A stretch of 64,000 nt of DNA from an uncultured Rhizobium sp. (GTDB lineage: Bacteria > Pseudomonadota > Alphaproteobacteria > Rickettsiales > UBA1997), in assembly GCA_964580715.1 (NCBI GenBank), contig CAZOKU010000001.1, positions 17,310 through 81,309 of the forward strand, read 5' to 3'. Below are positions 50,552-60,303 of this stretch, piece after piece. Both the position numbers and the translations under genes were made by a program. Positions within the stretch are counted from its first letter, which is position 1; each line of letters starts with the position of its first letter. A model generated the notes under the pieces. That model was not told the origin of the DNA, did no database searches, and saw nothing but the letters and a program-made list of their open reading frames with translations.

Positions 50552-51745
50552 TTATTTGTTTAATTTGTCTAAATAATCAGCCCACCATTGCATCATCTCT
50601 TTGCGTTGTTCGAGATATTCAGCTTTGTTATAAGTGCCACGAACCTTGTTATCTTCTACGTGTGAAAGTTGTCTTTCAATCCAGTCTGAATTAAAATTAC
50701 TTTCATTTAATATTGTAGAACCTGTATGACGGATACCATGTGGAGTCATCTTATTTTCGCTGAGTTTTCTCATCGCCTTAATCAGAGCCACATCAGAGAT
50801 TGGTTTTTTCATTCCAACTTTTCCTGGAAAAAGGTAAGAAGAATTTCTGCCTAGATTACGAATGGTTTTTAAAATTGATAAAGCTTGTTTTGATAATGGC
50901 ACAAGATGTTCACGCTTTTTCTTCATTCTCCCAGCTGGAATATGCCAAATTGCTTTTTTCTCATCAAACTCTTTCCATTCAGCAAATCTGATTTCACCAG
51001 GGCGTTGCAAAGTTAAGACCAATAACTTTATCGCAAGAATAGTTATGTTTTCCTCTTCTGACGAATAAAGCTTCTCAATAAAATCCGGTAATTCTTTATC
51101 AGAAAGATGAAGTCGATTTTTTATTGTGTGAGATTTTAAAAATTTTGCTCTGCCCAAAGCAGGATTTGAATCACAAATTCCCATCACCAAAGCGTAATCA
51201 AATATTTCAGTGCAATATCCGTTAATTCTTTGGGCAACAGAAACTGCATCACGCTGTTCAATGTTTCGTAAAATTTGCAAAATATCTTGAATGGTAACTT
51301 CTTTAATTCCTTTCCAACCAATGATCGGATAAACATCTTTTTCTAGTCGGCTTTTAATATTTTTAGAATGCTTTTCAGTCCAAGATTGTTTTTGACGCCA
51401 TTCTTCGGCGATGCTTTCAAAAGTGTTTTCTGCCCTTAATATAGCTTCCTGTTTTTGAGCTTTTTTATTTTTGTTTGGATCAAGGCCGCGAGAAAGTAGA
51501 TCTCTAATTTCATCTCTCGCTTTTCGAGCATCAGCTAATGACACAAATCCAGCTCTATCTCCATATTTTCCAAGTGTAGCAACATTATTTTTTCCGTTAA
51601 ACTTATAAGGATACTGCCAAACTTTAGTGCCACTTGGTCTTATCAAAAGTCTTAGTTTTGCATCATCAAATAAAAAATAATTCTTATCTTTTGGTTTTGC
51701 TTCTCTGATTTCCCGATCAGTAAGTTTGCGATTATTTTTGGGCAT
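50552..51745 (-). CDS. int: tyrosine integrase (P4-type, DUF4102 N-terminal arm-binding domain)
   Basis: N-terminal LTDREIREAKPKDKNYFLFD...LRLLIRPSGTKVW. C-terminal HGIRHTGSTILNE...LSHVEDNKVRGTYN (R..HxxR..Y catalytic region). Confidence 0.9.
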   Translation of the reverse strand: MPKNNRKLTDREIREAKPKDKNYFLFDDAKLRLLIRPSGTKVWQYPYKFNGKNNVATLGKYGDRAGFVSLADARKARDEIRDLLSRGLDPNKNKKAQKQEAILRAENTFESIAEEWRQKQSWTEKHSKNIKSRLEKDVYPIIGWKGIKEVTIQDILQILRNIEQRDAVSVAQRINGYCTEIFDYALVMGICDSNPALGRAKFLKSHTIKNRLHLSDKELPDFIEKLYSSEEENITILAIKLLVLTLQRPGEIRFAEWKEFDEKKAIWHIPAGRMKKKREHLVPLSKQALSILKTIRNLGRNSSYLFPGKVGMKKPISDVALIKAMRKLSENKMTPHGIRHTGSTILNESNFNSDWIERQLSHVEDNKVRGTYNKAEYLEQRKEMMQWWADYLDKLNK

Positions 51746-51911
51746 TCTTTGTATGATTTATTTTTATGTATTTTTCAGGCTGTTTATAGATGAAAAATTA
51801 GACTTTGCTAAATTTGGTCAGACTGATCTTTTATCAAAAGATGTCATGGAGCATCTAAAATCATAGCTTCCGAAGCTTAAAATGGAACTACAAAGTGTTT
51901 TTGTGTCCATT

Positions 51912-51934
51912 TTTGTACATAACTTTGTACATAA
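51912..51934. repeat. tandem repeat TTTGTACATAA x2 between integrase and tRNA
   Basis: Copies at 51912..51922 and 51924..51934, each containing the TGTACA palindrome. Confidence 0.8.
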
Positions 51935-51953
51935 AAAAACTTTGGCTTCAGGC

Positions 51954-52051
51954 GAATTTTAACGAATTTCTTCGAAAAGGAGAGTGGCTTGGAAGCCGCT
52001 TGTGTGTAGGACTTATCGGATTTTAACGGATTTCTTTGAAAGTGGAAGTGG
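51954..52051. repeat. imperfect ~34-bp direct repeat (GAATTTTAACGAATTTCTTCGAAAAGGAGAGTGG / GGATTTTAACGGATTTCTTTGAAAGTGGAAGTGG), second copy abutting the tRNA 3' end
   Basis: Units at 51954..51987 and 52018..52051, period 64 bp, roughly 27 of 34 positions identical. Confidence 0.75.
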
Positions 52052-52125
52052 TTGCGGGGGCTGGATTTGAACCAACGACCTTCAGGTTATGAGCCTGACA
52101 AGCTACCGGGCTGCTCTACCCCGCG
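52049..52125 (-). tRNA. tRNA-Met (CAT), initiator type
   Basis: The reverse complement reads CGCGGGGTAGAGCAGCCCGGTAGCTTGTCAGGCTCATAACCTGAAGGTCGTTGGTTCAAATCCAGCCCCCGCAACCA. This is a full cloverleaf with a C1xA72 mismatch, A11:U24 and an encoded CCA, near-identical to E. coli tRNA-fMet. Confidence 0.92.
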
Positions 52126-52245
52126 ATAAGGAAGAGCGAAGAGGATAAGGTTGGTTTTAGATAAAAGCAAGAAAATGTTTTGAATATAAAAAATAATAAA
52201 TTAAAAAAATAAGCATTTCACAATTAAATTTTAAATTAATTAACT

Positions 52246-52773
52246 ATGAGTAGACCACAGGAAGATTTGCGAGTGGAAAAGGTAGAAGGTAATGACACTA
52301 GCAATTCGCCGACGAAGCCTAATAGTTTTTTTAGAAGACATGTGTTGCCGGGCATGATTTCTATGGTGTCTGCTGGAGCGGGTGGTATATCTGCTGTTTA
52401 TGCATCTTATCAATTAGGTGGGGGGAGTGAAGCGGGGACTACAGCTATGGTGATGGGATCGGCTGCGGCAGTAGTCAGTGGAGCTACAGCTGTTAACACA
52501 ATTTATTATGCTTGCAGAGCTTTTTTTGGTATGGGTGTTACTGATACTGATTTTGAGAAATATAAAACTCAAGAATCTTCTCGTGTATCAGCTCGAGAAC
52601 ATGATATAGAAGATCAGCAATATGAACCAGTAACGGCAGCAGAGATAGAAGAACGAGCGGCAGAAACGGTAGAGCAAAAAAATACTTCTCCTTCACACAC
52701 AATGTTGCCAAGATCAGGATCAAGTCTTAGTGGAGAACAAGAAGAAAAATCCATTAATGTAGTATATTATTAG
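52246..52773 (+). CDS. hypothetical membrane protein (Gly/Ala-rich TM segments, acidic C-terminal tail)
   Basis: 175-aa ORF between the tRNA and truA. No recognised family. Confidence 0.45.
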   Translation: MSRPQEDLRVEKVEGNDTSNSPTKPNSFFRRHVLPGMISMVSAGAGGISAVYASYQLGGGSEAGTTAMVMGSAAAVVSGATAVNTIYYACRAFFGMGVTDTDFEKYKTQESSRVSAREHDIEDQQYEPVTAAEIEERAAETVEQKNTSPSHTMLPRSGSSLSGEQEEKSINVVYY

Positions 52774-52781
52774 TTCGTTAA

Positions 52782-53525
52782 TTAATACTCTACTTTCAAA
52801 AAATACAATCCGCATGATGGAGCGTTAGCGCCTGATTTGGTGCGGTTTTTAGCGGCCAGAATATTTTTTATTTCTTGTGGCGTGATTTTATTTTTTCCTA
52901 CATCGGCCAATGTTCCAATGATATTTCTTACCATGTGATGCAAAAAAGATTTTGCGGAAATTTCGATTTCTATTTTTTCGGCGTTATCGTTTATCTCAAT
53001 TTTATTTATGGTTTTAATTGGTGAAGAAGATTGGCATTCCGCATCGCGAAAAGAAGAAAAATCATGTTGCCCAATTAGATAGCTTGCGCCTTCACGCATT
53101 GCCTCGATATCAAGGCTTTTTATGATATGCCAAGCACGATTCTTGTTTAATGTCAGCGGAGCAGAGCGGTTGATGATGATATATTTGTATGAGCGCTGTT
53201 TGGCATTGAAGCGGGCGTGAAAATTTTCATCAACGGTTTCTGAGTTTAGAATTGCAATATTTTCTGCAGTTAAATAACTATTAAGACCGCGGACAATTTG
53301 GTAGTTCTCAAATTTTTTATTTAGGTCGAAATGAATAATTTGTCCAAGTGCATGCACGCCTTTGTCAGTGCGGCCAGCCGGAATTATTTTAACATTTTCT
53401 TGCGACAGAGAAAAAATTGCTTTTTCCAAAACTTCTTCAATTGATTTTTGTGGAATATCAAATTGCTTTTGAAAGCCGCAATAGTTGGTGCCGTCATATT
53501 CTATTGTAAGTTTGTAGCGGTTCAT
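52782..53525 (-). CDS. truA: tRNA pseudouridine(38-40) synthase TruA
   Basis: YKLTIEYDGTNYCGFQKQ and GRTDKGVHALGQ (catalytic Asp). Start set at ATG 53525 (ATGA overlap with the addB stop). Confidence 0.9.
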   Translation of the reverse strand: MNRYKLTIEYDGTNYCGFQKQFDIPQKSIEEVLEKAIFSLSQENVKIIPAGRTDKGVHALGQIIHFDLNKKFENYQIVRGLNSYLTAENIAILNSETVDENFHARFNAKQRSYKYIIINRSAPLTLNKNRAWHIIKSLDIEAMREGASYLIGQHDFSSFRDAECQSSSPIKTINKIEINDNAEKIEIEISAKSFLHHMVRNIIGTLADVGKNKITPQEIKNILAAKNRTKSGANAPSCGLYFLKVEY

Positions 53526-56209
53526 TTTATTCTCCCTAAATGCCAATATTCATCATCATTCTCCTTGGCGATAAATCCATTTTTTTCATCATAAAAATAA
53601 TCAAACAACCTTGCAAGCCCTGATTTTGCTGCGGCCACAAGTATTTTTACTTCTTCATTATTTTTGCAAATCTTTTTAATTTCTGAAATATTACTACCAA
53701 CTTTCCAATAATTTAGAGACGCGATTTCTACCTCATCTAAATTCTTTAATTTGCTCTCAATAATGCCATCAAGTAGCGCCAATGCAGATATGGTGAGTTG
53801 TGGATTAATTCCTGATTCAACATCCTTTTTACTCGGAACTTGACCGGTTTTATAATCGAAAATATGGGCAAAATTTTCTTTATCAATTATTACGCGATCA
53901 ATTTTTCCTTTTATTGTAACCTTATCAAAAGCCAATTTTACTGGAATTTCGACGTGATTTTCCAAATTTTCAAATTGTAGATTTTCTTCATAAAAATTCT
54001 CAAAAATATTTTTAAATTTCGGAAACCAAATTAATTTTGCATCTTCGTTTATAAAATATTTTTCAAATATTTTTTCAAAATTTCTGAATTCCGGATTTTT
54101 TATAAATTGCTCTAAGGCCTCGTGAACAAAGCTTCCAAACTCGGCATAAGAACTTTCAAAATCAATTTTTTGCAACTCTTTTAATTGCAAAATTTTTTTG
54201 GCATAAATTGCATAAGGATTTGTGAGTAATTTATTAATTTCTGTAATTGAAAAAGTTTTTGGTCGTAGATCAATTTCCGGTTTTGGGTTTGATCCTCTAT
54301 TTTCTAGCTTTGGAAGGTTGTTAAAATTATGCAGATAGGAAAAATATTTGTTACCGTCAGCAACTTTAATATTATTTTTCTGACAAAGTGTTTTAAATTT
54401 TAAAAGAAATGGAGATTCAACCGTTTTAGATTTCGCACGACTTAAAACCACTTTTTTATTCGACATGTAATTACAAAAATCAAAAGCATTTTGTCCCAAT
54501 TTCCTTAAAGCACGATCAACTCCCAAATCTTTTTTTATTTTTTTACCCAAATAATTTTGTGTTTCAATTTGGGGAAAATCGCCTTCATTTAAAGCGCCGA
54601 TAATTACCAAATCATAATTTAACAAACGGGCTTCAATAGTAGATAAAATCTGGATTGGTGCCTTAGGATTACTGTAATCAAAAAAGCTGATTTGTTTAAA
54701 AAGATTTTTAAAAATTTCTAAATAATTACCATCTAAAATTATATCATTTTTTAATTTTAATTTTTCAAAAAAATCAAATATTTCAGTTTGAGCAGGTTCT
54801 TCCAGCAATAATTCATTCCAACTTTTTTTAGAAAGTTTTTCAGCGGTTTGGATTAAAATTAAACTTAAATTTGCTAAAGTTTTTTCTTTTAGCGAAAATG
54901 TAATTTCATTAAAAGAGCTAATGTCGATGGCTGATTCTTTTCTCTCCTCGCGCAAAACATTAATTTCAAAATTAATTATTTTTTGTTTTTCTTTGGCATA
55001 AAAACACAAAGGATTTTTTAATAAAGCGAGCAGGGCGGCAGCACTAAAATTTCCACCGTTTATTTCTAAAATTTGCAGTAAGAAATTTATTAATTTTGAG
55101 TTGAAAATCCCTAAATTGCGGCTGTCGTTGAATTCAAGATTAAGTCTTGTGAGTTCAAGTTTTACAAGATTCGCTAGGTTGTCGTTGTTAGAGATTAATG
55201 CGGATTTTTTAGCAATATTTTCTTTTAGGATCAAAGCAATAACCTTTGCTTCTTCAATCTCGTTTTTACTTTCAATTATTGTAAAATTTTCTTTAATATC
55301 ATTTTTTATTTCATCATCCAATTCCTTTTGCCAGGCAATAGTATCAACAGCCGGAAGCATCATTGCCGAAATAAAATTCTGACGTTTTTTAGGGCTTAAA
55401 ATAAATTTTTCTAACGCAATTTCTTTTACTGAAGAGCGGTTAATTTCTAAAAAACTTAATAATCTATTTAAGAAAAATTGAGCGTGATTTTCATCGGAAA
55501 ATTCGTCACAATTTAAACCGTATAAAATTACGTAACCATTTTCTTGTGTGGAAATTGCTTTAATTAATTTTTGGCTTGAAGTCATGCTGCCGGTAGATCC
55601 GGCAATGACGAGAGGGTTTTTGTAATTATATTTTATAAATTCGTTGATAACTAAATTATGGTTGGCTGCCGCAAAATTTATATTATTTTTAATCAAGGAA
55701 TTTTTTATTTTTACATAAAAATCCTGTAAAAATTCTAATGTTAGTTGGCGATGTTTGGAAAGATTTGAATCATCAATTTCATATAATTTTTTTAAATCAA
55801 TTTCTTCTCTTTCGATTTCTTCAAAAAGATTGTAGAGGTTTTGCGCGATCTTGTAGGAAGCTAGGAAATCAAGGTTTTGGCCAAATATTTGTAGTTTTTT
55901 TATTTCAGAACTTAAGAAAAATAAGTAATCGTTTTTTTCTAAAACTTTTTTTTCCAGTAAAAAATTTATGCTGGTTTGTGCATCATCAAAATCAAAAAAA
56001 TCTTCGTAAGAAATATCGGAAATAGCCTTAATTTTCGGTAGAATTAAATGGGATTTTTTTTGCAAAAATAATTGGTGTAATTCGCGGCAGGATCTGCGGT
56101 TGGGAAGAATTACGGTTGGTTGCGACAAATCGCCAAAATTGGCTTCGAGCCAGAAAAATAGAGATTCAAAGAAGTTGTAGTTACGAGGAATGTTGTATAT
56201 ATTGTTCAT
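53522..56209 (-). CDS. addB: double-strand break repair protein AddB (alphaproteobacterial type, C-terminal PD-(D/E)XK nuclease)
   Basis: 895 aa. The C-terminus GKIDRVIIDKENFAHIFDYKTG is the AddB nuclease motif. No Walker A in the N-terminus, as in alpha-type AddB. Confidence 0.7.
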   Translation of the reverse strand: MNNIYNIPRNYNFFESLFFWLEANFGDLSQPTVILPNRRSCRELHQLFLQKKSHLILPKIKAISDISYEDFFDFDDAQTSINFLLEKKVLEKNDYLFFLSSEIKKLQIFGQNLDFLASYKIAQNLYNLFEEIEREEIDLKKLYEIDDSNLSKHRQLTLEFLQDFYVKIKNSLIKNNINFAAANHNLVINEFIKYNYKNPLVIAGSTGSMTSSQKLIKAISTQENGYVILYGLNCDEFSDENHAQFFLNRLLSFLEINRSSVKEIALEKFILSPKKRQNFISAMMLPAVDTIAWQKELDDEIKNDIKENFTIIESKNEIEEAKVIALILKENIAKKSALISNNDNLANLVKLELTRLNLEFNDSRNLGIFNSKLINFLLQILEINGGNFSAAALLALLKNPLCFYAKEKQKIINFEINVLREERKESAIDISSFNEITFSLKEKTLANLSLILIQTAEKLSKKSWNELLLEEPAQTEIFDFFEKLKLKNDIILDGNYLEIFKNLFKQISFFDYSNPKAPIQILSTIEARLLNYDLVIIGALNEGDFPQIETQNYLGKKIKKDLGVDRALRKLGQNAFDFCNYMSNKKVVLSRAKSKTVESPFLLKFKTLCQKNNIKVADGNKYFSYLHNFNNLPKLENRGSNPKPEIDLRPKTFSITEINKLLTNPYAIYAKKILQLKELQKIDFESSYAEFGSFVHEALEQFIKNPEFRNFEKIFEKYFINEDAKLIWFPKFKNIFENFYEENLQFENLENHVEIPVKLAFDKVTIKGKIDRVIIDKENFAHIFDYKTGQVPSKKDVESGINPQLTISALALLDGIIESKLKNLDEVEIASLNYWKVGSNISEIKKICKNNEEVKILVAAAKSGLARLFDYFYDEKNGFIAKENDDEYWHLGRIK

Positions 56210-56317
56210 AATCAGTCAATGGACCCCGGAATGTGCCGGAGTCTATTTACAATTACATTAGTTGATTTTTTACCGAACTTTATTATAAACATCGCCTCAC
56301 TTATTTAAAACATTTTT

Positions 56318-57589
56318 ATGAGAGTAATAGTACTTGGTGCGGGCGTGATTGGTGTTACGACCGCTTATTTCTTGGCGCGCCTTGGTTATCAAGTTACGGT
56401 TTTGGAAAAAAATTCTGACTGTGCTTTGGGCTGTTCTTACGCCAATGGCGGGCAGTTGAGCTATGGTCATGTTGAAACTTGGTCGCACAAAACTTCTCTC
56501 TCTTCCTTGATTAAGGCTTTTTTTATGCCGGGTTCGTTTTTATCAATTGCTGATTTTGGTAAAAAAGATTTTTTAAAATGGCTTTTTGAATTTTATAAAA
56601 ATTCTTCCAAGAAAAGGTCTGAAGAAAATAGCAAAAAATTATACGCCATTTCGTCTTATAGCCACGAGCTTTTAGACGAAATAATGATTAGCGAGGATTT
56701 AAAATTTGATTATAAAAAACAGGGAATTTTACATTTTTATCGCGATGAAAAGAAATTGCAAAAAGCTTTGCGCGATCTTGAATTTGTTAGAAGCTTGGGT
56801 TGTAAAGTTCAGGTGCTGAACGCAGAAGAATGTATAAAAAAAGAACCGACCTTAGTAAAATTATTGGATGAGGAAAATCTTGCCGGCGGTCTATTCTACG
56901 AGGAAGATGCGAGTGGTAACAGCTTTTTATTTACTAAAAAATTGTCTGAAATTTGCACTGAAAGATATGGTGTTAAATTTGAATATAATTCTGACATAAA
57001 AAATATTTTAACTAATCATAAAAAAATTACCGGCATCAATACCGGTAAAGGAGTTTTTGCTGCCGATATTTATGTTAGTGCGCTTGGATCGCACGGCGAC
57101 AAGCTTTTGCGCGGTATCGGATTAAATTCAAAAATTTATCCGCTTAAAGGCTATAGTCTTTCAATCAATGTTGATCGCGAATTTTTGGCACCGAATATGG
57201 CGCTAACCGATAGCGAAAATAAAATTGTTTATAGCCGTTTGGGAGATATTTTTCGCGCCGCAGGAACAATTGAGATTGCCGGTTTAAAGCAATTTTCAAA
57301 TCGCAAACATATTAAGTTTTTAAAAAATAAAATAGCTTCAACCTTTTCTGATTTCGGTAATTTAAATGAAGTAACAGAATGGTTTGGATTTCGTCCGTTT
57401 CGTCCAAATTCAATGCCGCTAATTTGTCAGGTCAAAAAATACGGAAATTTTTATATTAATGCGGGTCACGGCTCTCTAGGATTTACACTGTCTTTGGCTT
57501 CGGGAAAAATTTTGTCAGATTTGGTTTTGGGGAAAAAAAATACTAAATTTAATTTTTTAGAAGAGGAAGAAAAAGGGATTTATAAATAA
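56318..57589 (+). CDS. dadA: D-amino-acid dehydrogenase (FAD-dependent)
   Basis: MRVIVLGAGVIGVTTAYFLA, YPLKGYSLSI, WFGFRPFRPNSMP and NAGHGSLGFTLSLASGKILSDLVLG align with E. coli DadA blocks. Confidence 0.8.
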   Translation: MRVIVLGAGVIGVTTAYFLARLGYQVTVLEKNSDCALGCSYANGGQLSYGHVETWSHKTSLSSLIKAFFMPGSFLSIADFGKKDFLKWLFEFYKNSSKKRSEENSKKLYAISSYSHELLDEIMISEDLKFDYKKQGILHFYRDEKKLQKALRDLEFVRSLGCKVQVLNAEECIKKEPTLVKLLDEENLAGGLFYEEDASGNSFLFTKKLSEICTERYGVKFEYNSDIKNILTNHKKITGINTGKGVFAADIYVSALGSHGDKLLRGIGLNSKIYPLKGYSLSINVDREFLAPNMALTDSENKIVYSRLGDIFRAAGTIEIAGLKQFSNRKHIKFLKNKIASTFSDFGNLNEVTEWFGFRPFRPNSMPLICQVKKYGNFYINAGHGSLGFTLSLASGKILSDLVLGKKNTKFNFLEEEEKGIYK

Positions 57590-58869
57590 GATGAAAATTT
57601 TTTTACATCGCGTGCCAAATGTAATGATCCGCAAATCACAATGCGGCACGGTTCTTCATCAATCGAACAAATAGCTTCATGCAAATCAGCAAAACCTTTT
57701 GCTGTAATTTTGGATTTTTTGGCAATCTCGCAAATTACTTCAAAGCTCTCCGGATAAGGTTCGCCATCAACTCTTACGGCAATTATTTCTGCTATATTTT
57801 TAAATTTTTCCAAAAAATTTGCTTTGCATTTATTGCGGCTGAATCCAACTATTACGAAATTTTTTTTATTATCTTTAAATTCGCGCAGCCAATTAGCTAG
57901 AGCGAAGGCCCCGCCTGAGTTATGAGCGCCATCTATCCAAATTTCGCTTGCTTGATTTTTTAATAATTTATTCAAGCCGTTTTCAATTTTTTCTAAACGG
58001 CTTGGCCATTTGACAGTTGATATTCCTTGTTTGACGGCCTCATTGCTAACCGGAAAATTTTTTATGGATTTAATTGCGGCGATTGCGGTTGCAAAATTTA
58101 CATATTGATGAGAGCCTGGTAATATTGGTTTGGGGAGGTTTTCTAATTTTTCTTTTTTAAAATAAAAATCAAATTCTTTGGTTTTTTCGTCCATCTCTAC
58201 AAAAAAATCTTCATCGTAAAAATAACTCTCGACTTTCTGATCGTTAGCCAGAATCTTTATAATTCTTTTAGCTTCTTCGGGTTGTGCCGAAACTATCAAT
58301 GGCACTTGAGGTCGCATAATCATTGCTTTCTCAAGTGCAATTCTTTCAATTGAATTTCCTAAATATTCGGTATGATCAAAAGAAATTGATGTGATAATTG
58401 TGGCTAATTTATTTTCTATAATATTTGTCGCATCAATTCTTGCGCCCATTCCACATTCAACAATTACAAGGTCTGCAGGGGTTTTTGAAAAAGCTAAAAT
58501 TGCACCAATGGTAAAACCTTCCATAAAAGTAAGAGGCGTTCTTTCAGCGGCAATTCTGCTTTCTTCCATAACTTCAAATAAAAAATTATCAGAAATTTTT
58601 TCGCCGTTTAATAAAATTCTTTCATTGCAATCATGCAAATGCGGCGAAGTGTAAAGATGCGTTTTATATCCGGCTAAAGAAAAAATTCGTGCAAGCAACG
58701 CACTTACCGAGCCCTTGCCGTTCGTGCCCGCAATATGAATTATAGGCGGAAGTTTTTGGTGCGGATTTTTAAGTTTTTTTAAAACAATTTCCATGCGCTC
58801 GAAAACCGTTTCGTAATCGATTTGGCATTTTCCAAGAGTCGATGGGATTGGCCAGTGGGGGAGGTACAT
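57580..58869 (-). CDS. folC: bifunctional folylpolyglutamate synthase / dihydrofolate synthase
   Basis: IHIAGTNGKGSVSALL P-loop and YTSPHL. Mur-ligase organisation. Confidence 0.85.
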   Translation of the reverse strand: MYLPHWPIPSTLGKCQIDYETVFERMEIVLKKLKNPHQKLPPIIHIAGTNGKGSVSALLARIFSLAGYKTHLYTSPHLHDCNERILLNGEKISDNFLFEVMEESRIAAERTPLTFMEGFTIGAILAFSKTPADLVIVECGMGARIDATNIIENKLATIITSISFDHTEYLGNSIERIALEKAMIMRPQVPLIVSAQPEEAKRIIKILANDQKVESYFYDEDFFVEMDEKTKEFDFYFKKEKLENLPKPILPGSHQYVNFATAIAAIKSIKNFPVSNEAVKQGISTVKWPSRLEKIENGLNKLLKNQASEIWIDGAHNSGGAFALANWLREFKDNKKNFVIVGFSRNKCKANFLEKFKNIAEIIAVRVDGEPYPESFEVICEIAKKSKITAKGFADLHEAICSIDEEPCRIVICGSLHLARDVKKFSSYL

Positions 58870-58972
58870 AAAATTGTTTTAGTTTAAGATTTTAGAGTGT
58901 AAGTTGAGCTCAATTATGAATTACGAATTACGGGCAAATGTTTTATCTGTAATTTGCAAAGTTTTATTTTGC

Positions 58973-60298
58973 ATGCAAAAAAAAATAAATCTCTTTTTAT
59001 TTTTTCTTCTAATCCCGATTCTTGCTGCTGCGCAAACTATTCCTGAAAAATATTATAAAAAAGCAAACTCGCCAATTTTTCTTGCCAATGGTTTTATAAA
59101 TTTTTCAGCGAATGATCAATTTTTGGGTAATGATTCGCAAATTTATTTGAAAACGGCAAACAAGTCGTTAAACGGTGTAAAATATGGTGCGGTGGCAAAG
59201 TTAGAATTTAACGTTAATTCAAATCATCATAATGAAAATTTAAATCTAGATCAGGCTTTTATATTTAGTGAAAGTGACTCCGGTAAATTCGAAATGGGAA
59301 ATTATAAAGCCGTAAATCAAATGATGAAAGTGGGGCCGGCCCGCTTTGCGCGAGGTGCCGGAGGGATTAACGGAAAATATCTTGAACAAGTTGACATGCC
59401 GCAAATTATGAATTGTTCAAATAGTTCTTGCGCCAATACTAAGCTACCGCGCTTTATTTTGCTGGCGCAATCGCCAATCGGACATGGCGGATATTCCAAA
59501 GGTTTTTATAAAAGCGGTGTTGTTAATGATTGGCAAACCGGTTTTAAGCAAAGCCAATTTCGCGCGATAAAAGATGATAGTTTTGATGGGCTTGAAGATG
59601 CTACGAAATTAAATTATTATTCACCAAGAATTGAAGGTTTGCAAATTGCGGCAAGTTATACGCCAACTACAGCCAATCAAGGCGTTACGGCGGTTACTGC
59701 AAAAGATTTAGATTATATAAGAATTGAAAATGTTCTAAGTTTCGGCGCTAATTATTCTAATTATTTTAATAATTTAGGAGTGGCTTTTTCACTGACCGGA
59801 GAGCAAGGCCAAGTCAAAAATTCTGCCTCAAATTTAGGCGTGCAAAGAAATAATTTATTTTCTTATGATTTAGCTGCCACTTTAACATATTTTGGTTTTA
59901 GCTTTGGCGCTTCTTACGGAACTTGGCAAAAATCTTTACAAGCAAAAAATGGCATCTATTCTTGCGATTATGATTCAGGTTCAACTTTGTCGGCGCAAAA
60001 TTGTTCCGGTAATTCCAAAGGCTTTGCCAAGCCTTATTATTACACGCTTGGAATTGCTTATGAATTTGGACCAATTGCCGCAAGTTTAACGTCAATTAAC
60101 AGTGAATTCCAAAAAAATAAATATCAGGCAACTGCTTTTGATATTGATTATAAATTAACCAAAAATTTACTACCTTATTTTGAAATTACCCGATTTGATT
60201 TTACGCCAAATCAGGTACGAGCCTCTGATATTACTGATAGAAAAATTAAAAATAATCAGGGCTATGTTTTTTTAACCGGAATTTTATTTTCATTTTAA
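58973..60298 (+). CDS. outer-membrane porin
   Basis: Start set at ATG 58973, giving the signal peptide MQKKINLFLFFLLIPILAAAQT. Beta-strand-rich with a C-terminal aromatic ...GILFSF. Confidence 0.65.
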   Translation: MQKKINLFLFFLLIPILAAAQTIPEKYYKKANSPIFLANGFINFSANDQFLGNDSQIYLKTANKSLNGVKYGAVAKLEFNVNSNHHNENLNLDQAFIFSESDSGKFEMGNYKAVNQMMKVGPARFARGAGGINGKYLEQVDMPQIMNCSNSSCANTKLPRFILLAQSPIGHGGYSKGFYKSGVVNDWQTGFKQSQFRAIKDDSFDGLEDATKLNYYSPRIEGLQIAASYTPTTANQGVTAVTAKDLDYIRIENVLSFGANYSNYFNNLGVAFSLTGEQGQVKNSASNLGVQRNNLFSYDLAATLTYFGFSFGASYGTWQKSLQAKNGIYSCDYDSGSTLSAQNCSGNSKGFAKPYYYTLGIAYEFGPIAASLTSINSEFQKNKYQATAFDIDYKLTKNLLPYFEITRFDFTPNQVRASDITDRKIKNNQGYVFLTGILFSF

Positions 60299-60303
60299 AG
60301 TGA

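Larger units (their letters stand above)
4981..52048. mobile_element. Integrated myovirus-type prophage plus cargo island, bounded on the right by tRNA-fMet; left boundary uncertain (may lie left of nt 1)
   Basis: Contiguous lysis, tail, head, packaging, replication, immunity, excisionase and integrase modules sit next to the tRNA 3' end. No second copy of the tRNA 3' segment was found in the window, so the distal att site was not located. Confidence 0.8.

Noticed and set aside
1-51000. Search for a second copy of the tRNA-Met 3' segment (distal att site) inside the window
   Set aside because: No match to TGGTTGCGGGGGCTGGATTTGAACC or its complement was seen by eye. The weak resemblance of GAGAGTGGGGGG at about 40494 was judged coincidental.
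53526-53546. Upstream start for truA, and likewise 58904 for the porin and 49662 for the last GNAT
   Set aside because: Internal ATGs give the conserved N-terminus (truA), a proper signal peptide (porin) or an ATGA coupling overlap (GNAT).
56230-56260. GC-rich imperfect hairpin GACCCCGG-AATGTG-CCGGAGTC between addB and dadA as a terminator
   Set aside because: The flanking genes are divergent, so nothing is there to terminate, and there is no U-run. It may be a regulatory site, but the evidence is too thin to report as a feature.
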